Of a DNA stretch of 64,000 nucleotides, positions 1 to 11,656 are shown piece after piece (within the stretch, counting starts at the first letter, position 1; every line of letters begins with the position of its first letter). Origin of the DNA: Gordius albopunctatus (lineage: Eukaryota); assembly GCA_964276515.1 (NCBI GenBank), contig OZ193910.1:3534001-3598000 (forward strand), in the 5' to 3' direction. The position numbers were made by a program, and so were the translations under genes. Below the pieces are notes generated by a model, which saw only the letters and a list, made by a program, of their open reading frames with translations, was not told the DNA's origin and did no database searches.

Positions 1-459
1 TCTAAAACCCCCTCAGATCCATAATACAATACTTTTACCTAGATAGGGGACGGCAGAAAGCATGTTAGTGATAACTGTGGCTGCCCAGAAAGATATTTGC
101 CCTCAAGGGAGGACATATCCTAAGAAAGTTGTGACTATAGATAGAGCAAGCATTACTCAACCTGTAATTCAAGTGTTCGGGTTTAAAGTATAAGAGCCGT
201 AAAAAGTCTACGAAAAATATGCAAGTAGATAAATATAAATATAAAGGATGCACCTAGTGCATGGAATCTTCGAAAGGTGAACCCTTCTCACACATTATTT
301 TCAATTATTAAAACAGATGTGAATGCTATGTGGGTGCTCGATGTGTAGTGTATAGATAAAAATAATCCTGACACGATCTGGGTTACTAGAAATAAACCTG
401 TTAGTGACCCTATGTTTCATCAATAGTTTAGATTAGGGGGTGTCGGAAGATCGATAATA

Positions 460-680
460 AACACTATGCGAAGATACAAATGAGAAAGTATTCGAGGATG
501 CCAAAAAGTGGTTAAAGCGCTTAGCAGGATATGGTTTAAAGGTCAACAATCGAAAAGGTATACATGAAGATGAACGTTAAAAGCACCCGATTGCTAGATA
601 ACCATTTAAAAGTTGACATGTTTATACCCATCCATAGATGTAGCATCAAGAGGGAGATTGCCCAGAAAGAGCCAAAGCAC
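460..680 (+). mobile_element. Decayed RTE LINE reverse transcriptase fragment
   Basis: Sequence resembles 24850-25080 of the second RTE copy (e.g. aagcgcttagc-ggatatggtttaaaggtcaac), with indels. Confidence 0.65.
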
Positions 681-924
681 CCATCAAAAACGGATGGCAA
701 ATGATAACTATCAAGCCCTAGGTTAGTAAAGTTTAAAGGCATTTAGGCAGTATTTCTGATATTAAAATTAATTTTTCTTATTTCCCTTTAAATTTTCATA
801 TAGATATAAAGATCGCGCTACCAACAATACGATCGTGCTACCAATATAATGTTCGGACTACCAATATGAATCCTGGTTTATTGTCAAAACAAATAAAACA
901 GTATAATGGACGTATCCGAGTTAT

Positions 925-3781
925 CTCTTCTTCTTTATCGTGTTGAAAATCCCACAGACGTGGAATACGTTTTCAGCAGCCTCTTCCATCTAAGTCGTGT
1001 GAATGCCATGCCAATTTCCATCTGTTTGACGTCCATATCCTTTTCGACCAGTCGTTTCCAGGTGGCACATGGTCTGCCCCTTCCTCTTCTTCCAGGCACA
1101 TCCATCTCCAGCGTTCGGCGTGTGACATCGTCTTCGTCTCTTCGTAATACATGGCCGTACCACCGCAGTCGATTTTCTCCTAAGAAGCCCTTCGTCGCTT
1201 GTAGACCCATCTTTGTCATCAAGGATTCGTTCGTCATGCGATCCAGCTTGGTGTAGCCTAAGCTCCATCGCACCATTCTCATTTCCGTGACTTGCAAGAG
1301 TTTCTCCTCCGCGGTGGTTACAGCCCATGTTTCGCTCCCGTAAAGCAAGACCTGTCGTACGATGGTTTTGTACGCCTTGCTTTTCAACCAAATTGGTATC
1401 TTTTTGTCATACATGACACCGGAGATGCTGCGCCACTTGAGCCATGCTTTCTTGATCCGAGAATGGACTTCGGCGGTACATCCTCCCTCTTGATGTAATA
1501 GCGCGCCAAGATATGTGAACTTATCAACCTCCGTGTACCTTGGACCGTCATTTTTGTGCATTTGCGGACTACCGCCCATCGTTTGCATGTAAACCGTTTT
1601 CTTCTCGTTGACCTTTAACCCGAATTCCGAAAAACGTTCTGACCATTTTTTCGCCTGATGAAAAACCCCTTCTCTTGTTTCATCGCATAGGACAATATCG
1701 TCGGCATATAGCATAGTCCAAGGGGCTGGCTTGTGCAAGTCCTTTGTTATTGTATCCATAATTAGATTAAACAAGAATGGGCTTAAAGCTGATCCTTGAT
1801 GTAGTCCGATCATTACTCGGAAGGGTTTCGTTACTCCTACGGTAGTCCTAACAGATGCAACCGCGCCATTATACATTTCCTTGATAAGTCGAACATATCC
1901 TTCGGGTATATTTCTGGCTCTAGGGGACCACCATATTAAGTCTCTCGGAACCGTATCGTAGGCCTTTTCTAAATCGATGAAGGCCATGTGTAAGTTCTTT
2001 CTTATGCCGCCATATTTTTCCATCGTCTGCTTCAACGCAAAGATTGGATCCATCGTTGATTTACCGGCCACAAATCCAAACTGATTGGGCGAGAGACAGA
2101 CTTCGTCATTGAGCCTTTTCACTAGCACCCTTTCTAGTAGTTTTAGTGAGTGGCAGGTCAACTTGATACCTCTAAAGTTGCCACATTCCTGCGCGTTTCC
2201 TTTGCCTTTGTATATGGGTATGATCGTACTTTCCCTCCATTGGTCAGGGATACGACTCTCATACAGCATAGCGTTAAATAGGCCTGTCATTATGTCGATT
2301 CCTTCTACTTTGCACCCAAGCCAAGCTTCGATCGGTAAATTATCGGGACCTAGCGCTTTTCCTTTCCGCATCTTCGTTAGTTGCGCTCCTACTTCATAAG
2401 CCTGCAATGGTAGAACCAAGTTCGAGTTCGGTTCCACCCTCTCTAGCGGTCTTCTATCATTCGTTTTGTTCATCATATTTTGGAAATAATCTTTCCATCT
2501 TTTGATGACTTCCTTCGGTTTGCACAACGTTCGTCCCTCTTCGCTTTTAATGACTTTAAGTGTCCCGACATCTCGACTTTTTTTCTATCTGATCTTTGCG
2601 AGTTTATACATGACTATGTCGCCGCCCTTGGTATCGAGCTTGTTTGCCATCTCGGTGTAAGCCTCGTTCTTTGCTATCGCAACCGCTATCTTAGCTTTGC
2701 GTTTCGCTTCACGATATGCCTCGTAGTCTTCTCCTTTCTTCGTTTTGTACCATCGTAGATACAACGCCTTCTTTTCTTCTATAACCTCTTTGACCGAGTC
2801 ATTCCACCACCATAGTTCACGCTTTGGAGCTCTGCAGGCCGTTTCCTTTAGAACATTTGCCACAGTGCCCCACCTTAGAGCTGAGTTGCTCGAGCGTGAA
2901 ACATTTCATTTGCACGATCATCCTTAAGCTTTTCGTACTTTGTCCTTGGTGTGTAGACTTTTCTCCTTACGGGAAAAATCTTTCTTGCTATTTCGAGGAC
3001 AACTGGACGATGTTGTTTGGCGATTTCTTCCCCCGATATAACCTTGCAATCTTTAACTTGCCACAAATTTTTGCACTTCACTAATATGTAGTCGACCTAT
3101 GTAAGGTGATCCCCACTACTGTACGTCGCTAAATGTTCGGTACGCTTCTGAAAGAAGGTATTCACAATGGCCATATCGTAAGCTTGCGCCATCTGTAGTA
3201 ACTTCTCTCCCTCTTTATTTTTCACCCCATAGCCATTCCCGCCATGATTTCGTTCGTACACGCCCCTTTCTTTCCCAACGTGCCCATTAAAGTCTGCTCC
3301 GATGATGAGATTCTCGTCAGGCTTCACGTAGCGTATTTCTTTTTCGAGCTTCTCATAGAATTCGTCCTTCTCACTTTCGGAACATCCAACCTGGGGCGAA
3401 TACGCACAAATAACATTGACAAGGCCGCCTTGATCCGCCAGCTTTATGCACATCAATCTATCTGAGCATCGTTTGACTTCGACTACCTTGTCCTTAAAGG
3501 AATCGCTAAGCACTATACCGACCCCGTTCTTCCGTGATGGGGAATCCGAGTAGTATAGCTTGTAACCATCTCCTAGCTCCCTGGCTTTTGTTCCATGCCA
3601 CCGCGTTTCTTGTAGACACGCTATGTGTATCCTTCGCCTTTTTAGCATCTGCGCAACCTCGATGCTCTTCCCCGTCAGCATGCCCACATTCCAGCTAGCC
3701 ACTCTTGACCGTTCGACAACTAGGTTCCTTAATGTATACTTTTCACATTGCACGGGCGGATGATGCAATGCGCGTCGTTTG
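925..3781 (-). mobile_element. RTE-clade non-LTR retrotransposon, near full length, frameshifted (AP endonuclease + reverse transcriptase)
   Basis: ORF 3097-3768 has APE motifs (SWNVG, ACLQET, GADFNGH). ORF 935-2527 has RT motifs (FIDLEKAYD, GLHQGSALSP, LYADD). Short (GAA) tail at ~925-934. Candidate 8-bp TSD CGAGTTAT at 917-924 and 3782-3789. Confidence 0.93.
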
Positions 3782-6540
3782 CGAGTTATAAATTAATTAA
3801 ACAAATCAATAGAATATAAGGCAGATGTAGGACGATGGCAGAGGGAAATATCCGTGCACCCAATAGGCTAGGTCGCGGTTATGCATAAGGATTAATGAAC
3901 GTGTTGGGTTAGGGGGTCGTTTGGTTCTTTGTAGATAATTGCAGTTACTAGGCAGAACAGAAAAAAATATATAAATTAAATTCAGGGTAAAAATCTAGCC
4001 TTATAAACCCTGTCGATGCGCTTCTCAATTTGCATGAGGGATGCCTTACGACAGGTCGACGTACTTCAGATCTCCACTAATATGAGCCATGCCTTTTACA
4101 TATTCGTCTGCTTCTAATTAGTGCCCATTTATTAACATAACTAACTACATTACATTTTATTCACATCCCTTATTACTTTAAACATTATTAATTCCCACCA
4201 TTAGTTGGCAGGAACACGCCGTCCCTCCTAGCACATTTGCGTAAGCGCACCACATTAAATTAAACTACTAAACCCCAACTGCAACAATAAAATCAAATAT
4301 ATATTAATAAATTATAAAGATTAATGTGGGCATATAAAAACTCATGAGTTATAAGGGAAGGCAGAAAAGGCTAAATTGGTAAAAAAGTGTAGCGTTTCTT
4401 TCGACTTTAAACATTTTAACAACTAAATAAAACAACGACTTTCAGTTGTTTCCTGGATATTCGTACCAATTTTGATTCGGGTACATCCATTAAAATTTTT
4501 GTATGCATGAATCAGAAATTAAAATCATATGAAATATTTAATTTGTACATATAAATATATATATTTTAATTATATTATATCAAATAAATTAGATTTAATT
4601 GTTAATAATGATAATAGTTAATAATTAATAAACATATATTATTATCAATTGGTTCAATGTGTATATGTAGCATAATTAAAGCTAGAGTAATGCTATAAAA
4701 CGTTTATTATTATTGTTGAAAGCTGGATCTTCACATAAACTATTAGGACTGGGATACAATAATCGAAAAGTGAGTTAAAACGTGTATATCCAACGCATAT
4801 ATAAGTTACATCCAATTAACGATAATTTGATCGACAACACGTAGGTAAATAACGTATTCCCGGAGGCACTTCGCACTCCTATTACCTCTCTACAATTATA
4901 TTGAATGTTATATAAAACACTTCAATTACATTGTAACAAATAAATTAGATGTAACGGTTAATAATAATAATAGTTAATAATTAATGAACATGTGATACTC
5001 TCAATTGGTTCAATTTGCATATATAGCATATGTAAAGCAAAAGTAAAGCTATAAAACGTTATGCATTTTATATCTGTTGTAATATGTATCTTATATAACA
5101 AAAATAAAACAATAGTTAATGATATATATAAAATGAATAGATATTATCACTGGTGCATATTATATCTGTTGTAATATCTATCGGATTTAAATAACATATA
5201 ATAATAGTTAATTATATACATAAAATGAATAAATATTCTCACTACTGTGTTTAATCTACAATATAGTTTAAGTAAAATAAGCTTAATACAATAAAACATA
5301 CTATTGCTACATTTAAAAATAAATAGTGTGTAAAATAATCATTGAAAGTTGTTAAAAGAATCACTCATGAATATAAGCCAAAAACGTTTAATAATAAAGA
5401 TCATTTACTATTGGCATGTAACCAATATAAATAGTAAAGACATTCCAAAATATTTAGTGAGATGATATAATTTTCCTAAAATATACAATTAAGTCTAATA
5501 ATATAAGATGGTCTATGAGTAAATATAAAACACATGCAGCGCGAATTATTAACATATTTTCAAGCTTGTATTTAAAAATTAAAATTTAAACAAATTTATA
5601 TTTATTATTGTAAATCAATTTAATCATATAACGGGGCATCGTGACCTTGTAAGTGCATATAAGGGGCATGGGGTTAGATACATTTGTATATTGAGCTATA
5701 AGGCGATTTATATTATAATTAATAGAAACGTATTTTTTATTTGTTTCATACACTCTCTTTCCCTGAGAGATGTGTAGCAAATCAACATTAGTTTTCTCTT
5801 GTAGGTCTTGCAGGAAATCAACAAACACATATATAGTAGGGTGGGTTTGTTTGAGCCCACTTCTAAGAGCATTATGAAAACCTTCCAAGTGGTTGTTGGT
5901 TCGGGGCCTCTCTGCATCAAGCCGTTGCCACATATCATAGGGCAACAAGGGGTCCCTCCTAAGCCCAACCCAGGTATTGTGGATGTACAAAAAAAAATTC
6001 TCAATTTCTCTATCGCCGCGCACATTGAGCTGAACCATGCAAAGGGTCATGACATCGCTGATGTGCCCTCTCTTCACAAATGGTAATGCTAAAAGACGAC
6101 GAACGCAGCGCTTGAAATCAGCATTTGATTAATAAAGATTCTTCATTTTGCCACACCCAGTGTGTCGATAGATCGCCTGGCCAAAATGAAACAAGCAACC
6201 TAAAAATTATATAAACAAAACTTTAAATTTTACCATTTAAAATAATATTAGGGAAACAGGCTACAAAGGCCCCGATGCTTGCCGGTTCGAAATCAACATG
6301 TGCATAGTTTGGGGCAAAAACTAGCTGCAAGGTAGCACAAATCTGAATAAGTTTCCTAAACACTTTCTTATATGTATCTTCCGTTTTATCAGGCAGAAGT
6401 GTATATACTACTGGAGCCATATGATCCCGGTAATGAGAATGAATTGTATAAATCTAAAAACAACAACGTTACGGATATATTAAAAAAATGTAAATACTTT
6501 AGTAAAATGTTGGGGCAACATTTAAAAGTACCGTCCCAAT

Positions 6541-7998
6541 CAGAGGTCAGATTTGTTGGGAATTTTCTCCCCGAACCAGGCCCTACTAAATTTTCTACCT
6601 TCATTGCCCGCCCGGGCCTGCCCGAACCCATCCAAGTGTCCGCCGGAGCCCGCCCGAATTGTTAAAGCTGCCCGAATAGCCCGGCCCGAAATATTAAATT
6701 TGCCCGTTAGTCCTGAATTTATGAGGTCCCAAAAAGAGGTCGGAGTAGTTTCAATTTTTCTGCCCAAACCCGGCCCGGTCCAAATTTTTAACTAAATTGC
6801 CCGCCTGAACCCTTCTAAGTGTCGGCTCAGCTATGCCCAAACCATTAGAGCTGTCCGGCCTGATTAATAAAATTTTCCCGGTAGACCCGAAATTATCCAA
6901 TCCCAATATCTTTCAACCACTATTACAAAATAAGCATTAAATTAATGGCATATTGATCCAAAAAAGATGACAATATTTTATTATTCATATCGTCGACAAT
7001 TTCCGGGGATAATCTTGTGCGTCTTTCCTCTATTAATCTTCCTGCGATAGAAAAACTTCTTTCACTAGCAGCACTCGTCGCCGGGATGGCAAAGAGTGTT
7101 TTTGTAAACCTTGCTAATTTAGGATACCGAAAATAGTTATAATTTTTAATAACTTTAATGTGACTTGTTTGCTTTATTTTTCAATTGTTTTTTTAGTGTT
7201 AAAAAATTAAATGAATTAAAATTATGCGCATTGTTAGAAAATGGCATGAGCCTTTGTTTTAAGTCTAGACGGCACACATGTGTAGTGTATTGCGAACAAT
7301 GAAATGTCTTTGGCTACTACATAAATATAAATAATACAATCCTTTCCATAATGGAGTAGGGCAAAGATTTAACCGAACGCGATAAAAATGTAATAAAATA
7401 ATTTACTACCAGATAGTAAAATGGTTTCTTCCATATTATTAGATTAGAGTAGCAGTTTACAGGGGCGTAGCCAGCATTAAAATTAGAGGGGGGCAATAAT
7501 GATTTAAGGAGGGGCAAAATGATCATTTTTTGAAAATTTAGCCATAATTTTAATGAATTTTAACAAAATTTTGAGTTTAGAGTGAGGCAGCTGCCCCTTC
7601 CTGCCCCCCACCCCCCTTGTCTACGCCCATGGCAGTTTAAATCGTTGTGATTTTATTCTTTTATAATATAATCTGAAAATTAAAAATTTTTGATCTTGAG
7701 ACAAACCAGTTAAACTAATTTATTCGAAATAAAATTTAATTTTGAAGAAATTGAAATTAGGACATTATATAAACGCACAATGAAGATTTAAGCGATTAAA
7801 AAACAATCTAGTCGAATTTATTATGGCCCAATATTATTTATAACCGAATTTTTTTTTCAAGGAAAATTAATTTGATAAAATTTTGGGCATGCCTGAATTG
7901 CCCGAATCTTATCAGCGTGCCCGCCTGGGCCCGCCCGAAAATTAAAATTTAAGGCAGTTGGCCGGGCAGCAGGTCGGGCCGGGCATTTCTGGTCTCTG
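6541..7998. mobile_element. Non-autonomous hAT-type element inserted in the MULE transposase
   Basis: Ends CAGAG...CTCTG, GCCCG-rich subterminal repeats, exact 8-bp TSD GTCCCAAT (6533-6540 and 7999-8006). It splits the MULE codons MYW|DGTFK. Confidence 0.88.
7460..7631. mobile_element. Small hAT-type MITE (CA(G/T)GGGCGTAG ends)
   Basis: Inverted ends and exact 8-bp TSD GCAGTTTA (7452-7459, 7632-7639). Relatives at 34240-34494 and 51928-52361, partial copies near 11070-11198, 31100-31253 and 62880-62999. Confidence 0.85.
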
Positions 7999-8799
7999 GT
8001 CCCAATACATATTTTTAGATTCACACATTATCTTTAACAGGTGAGCTGTCCCAAAAATAAAAATCCTATTGTCCTCGTTCCAAAGCAAAAAGTAATCGCC
8101 ATCATGAGTTTTTAAATGATGGGGCTTAAGGATAATATCATCATTATCCCTAGGCGTGTCGTACCTCAATGGATCCATTTTTTAAAGTTTTTTTTCGCCG
8201 ATCTTAAAAGTGGGGTGAATTCGGGATGGTCCCTGAGGTCGGGATTTTCCCTAAGCCTCTCCGCTATTACTTTGTAATATAATTTGCTTATCCTTTCTTT
8301 AGGGTCATTCAGAACCGCATTTTTTAATGAAATGTTTGTGATTATTTTTTCGTATTCCTCAATAGGGGGCGCGTGATTATGGGGACGCATTTGAGAAAAA
8401 ATTCCCAAAACCTCTTTTTCTCTGCCAGAACATGACAGTTTCCGGCACCCGTAGTAAGCGGTACCGTTCTTCTCCATATTCTTATGGTAAAGATAGTTTT
8501 GAAAATAAATCTAAGTTCCATTGTTTGACGGCAAAAACTCGGGACCATTGACTAAAAACTGTGATATAATTTACATTAGATTATTTGGAAAGCATCCAAT
8601 AATATTTGAGCATCTTCAAGAGAACCTTACATTTATACATTAAATCCTTTAAATAATTAACTTTACTTGATGTAGGAGTAACGTTATCAAGTGTTGATTC
8701 TGTCAGTATGTTTATTGGCCCTTTATTAAAAATTAAATATATTTGATATATTTTTACTTGGAAAAGACATAATATTATTTGAGATATTGTTATCAATAG

Positions 8800-9360
8800 T
8801 CATGGAAGGTAGAGAGGCTGGTCATATAAAAAATAAAAAATTCGCAAAATAATTTAATAGTTTAGAATGAGATCATAGGTAAGTTTTGGGCAATTGTATG
8901 GCTGGTCACAGAGGCCGGTCCTATAAAAAATATATAATTCACAATATATTTAAATACTTTGGAATGTGAGAAAAGGTAAGCTTTGGGCAATTGTATGGCT
9001 AGTCACAGAGGCTGGTCATATAAAAAACATATAATTCACAATATATTTAAATACTTGAGAATGTCAGAATAGGTAAGTTTTGGGCAATTGTATAGCTGGC
9101 CACAGAGGCTGGTCCTATAAAAAACATAAAATTTACAATATATTTAAATACTTGAGAATGAGATCATAGGTAAGTTTTGGGCAATTGTATAGCTGGTCAC
9201 AGAGGCTGATCCTATAAAAAACATATAATTCACAAAATATATACTTGAGAATGTAAGAATAGGTAAGTTTTGGGCAATTGTATAGCTGGTCACAGAGGTT
9301 GGTCCTATAAAAAACATATAATTCACAATATATTTAAATACTTGAGAATGTCAGAATTAG
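8800..9360. repeat. Tandem repeat, ~96-bp unit, about 5-6 copies
   Basis: Recurring aggtaagttttgggcaattgtat...cacagaggctggtcctataaaaaac, e.g. at 8877, 8974, 9071, 9168 and 9261. Confidence 0.9.
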
Positions 9361-10460
9361 TGTTTCGATCTCGCCTCGTCTCGGTCTCGAAAACAAAATC
9401 TCGTCTCGTCTCGGGAGCGATAATAAAAATATCGATCTAGTCTCGTCTCGGCCTAGAAAAATCTCAATCTCGTCTTGTCTCGACTTAAAAAAAATATACA
9501 TAATAAAAATTTCTCTTGTTTTATTAAAAATATTAAATAAGTTTTAAAAAATCCAAATCGCAAACTTTTATATTTTTTTGAAAAGCTTGAGTTCACAAAC
9601 TTTTAAAGGTTTAGCGGGACACAACATCTCATTGAAAATATCAAGGTATAAATTAATTCATAAAGATAACATTATCCGTGGAAAGTGCAGACTAAAAAAA
9701 CTATATATAAATTTAAAGTATAGAAAATTAAATTTTATTTTTCTAGCAAATCATAACATTTTTATAAAATTCACTGTGTTTGTAAACTATAAATAGACTT
9801 AGAAAATTATAAGTTCGCTTATAGTTGACTTAGTTGCATAATTGAGCAAATTGAGATCCTTTTTTAACCCTGCAGCTTCAAATAGACGATATCACCATCA
9901 TCAATTATAGCTGTGTTTATTGCATGTTTACTATAACGTTATAAACCGCAAAGTGCGAGTGCTCGTATTTAATTTTATGACAAAATTCATTAAAATCAAA
10001 TTTGTATTCTAATTAATTACCTTACAATCTAACTAACTTCGCCGTTAAATAGGAATTTATTTAGTACAATAGGGGTTCGTGTATTTATTTTGTATTGCAC
10101 AATTATAGAAATTAAATCTTATAATGTGAGAGTATTGCATATGACAAAAGCAAAACTATTGCAAAAATTTGGGAGGTATACTATTAGTTAAAGCACAAAA
10201 ACTTCTAGAAAACCCATAATTTAAGATTTAATTTATTAGGGTGTCATTAAATACTATATTGTACTTTTGAAATAGTTAGGCGGGTGCTCAAAAATCTCGA
10301 GCCACCTTAGCTTAATTTGTTTAATTATTCAAACTGATTGACCACCAATTTAAAATTACCGCATCATGCAGGATGAGTAACTGCGAAATTCAAATATGCT
10401 TTAGTAGTATTTACTATTCCATTAGAACTCATTCTAAGTCTAAAATTTGAAATATTTAAT
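9358..10460 (+). repeat. Dispersed repeat with GTCTCG-rich terminus (DNA-transposon derivative)
   Basis: Colinear similarity to 14806-15262 + 16774-17110 and to 20390-20620. The same terminus type occurs at 46920. Confidence 0.7.
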
Positions 10461-11656
10461 AATGCTATGAATACAAATATGTTATAAATATATTATAAAA
10501 TTATTCACATACCCTAAGGGTCAACCATACTTAGGTAAATGATTATAAAATTTTAACATTTTTGCAAAAATATTATGATAATACAGTGATAAAAGTAACT
10601 TGAGGAAATAAATTTTAGAATTTGTTTTTAAATTTGTTAATAATAATGAGTATATAAATTTTGGCATTTAGCCCGGGTCAGATAAAGTACAAGTTAGCAA
10701 CGGTCAGCATTAATTTACAGGGAATTATTTAGCCAGTTTCGCATTCATCCGTTATAAATTCACAACCTAGACAAATTGAAAAAATAAATTTATTAATAAA
10801 GGTAATCAGTCAGGCACAAAAACAATAATGAAATTTGAACTTAGGTGAGGTCGAAAAAAATAAAGCCAATCAATGGTCAGCTAAATAAAAGTCTTTCACA
10901 GAAACATAAGTCCACAGCCATTAAAAACCCGTATAAGCTTCCACGGCAATTATTGAAAAATTACAAGTTGGACACGACAGGACGGATAACCAAAAGAGAG
11001 CCCATAAATTGCATAGCAATTTAAATAAAAAATAATTTTAAATAATATTAAATTAATTCACTCAATATTGCTAGAGGGTACAAATGGGGAGACAAACATG
11101 GGCAGCTGCACCCCTCCAAATTCAAAATTCATGATGAAAAAACATTTTTTGCCCTATTTAAACTGCTCCCCTCAAATTTAAATTGGCTCCACCCATGGGA
11201 TCAAGTGTATAAATTATCTTTAACATTTATAATTTAATATACATAAAATAATTACAAATTAGAACATTATAAAAACACCTTCTTTTATACTAAATCTAAT
11301 TAATTTTTTAACGGGCCTTAATTATAACTAGGCCTGGCTCGAGCCCGTTACGTAATATATCGGCCCGCCCAGGCCCGGTCCGTTGTTTTATTTTTAAGCA
11401 GAAGCCCGTCCAAGTCTAGGCCCGTCCGTGGGCCAGGCCGGCCCTGGCCCTGCAGGTCTCCATCTCCAAGCAGTAATTTTGAGAGAAATTGTTTAAATGG
11501 TTAATTTAAGCTAAGATTGACTCTTATACTATATTATACTAAAACCTATTTAAGCATTTAATTTGATAAAACATACAAGATTTTTTATATATTTATAAAA
11601 AATATCCTTATAATTTATTTTACAAAACATCCACGGTTTTCTAATCATATGTTAAT

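Larger units (their letters stand above)
4470..8830 (-). mobile_element. Mutator/MULE DNA transposon (FLYWCH-type finger + DDE transposase, intron-containing), interrupted by nested insertions
   Basis: YYGCRKLSCSGR...HNH finger (8166-8548); WDGTFK, YTLLPDKTEDTY, VDFEPASI, GCLFHFGQ and RTNNHLEGFHNAL motifs. A related copy lies at 55060-57280 on the other strand. Ends are approximate. Confidence 0.85.

Noticed and set aside
906..3465. Plus-strand ORFs over the first RTE, and similar antisense ORFs over the Helitron, MULE and Gypsy elements
   Set aside because: They are shadow frames of transposon coding sequence with no independent motifs.
8800..9360. CRISPR-like array (also considered for 20800-21900 and 58150-60200)
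   Set aside because: Units repeat in full without unique spacers, there are no cas genes, and the DNA is eukaryotic.
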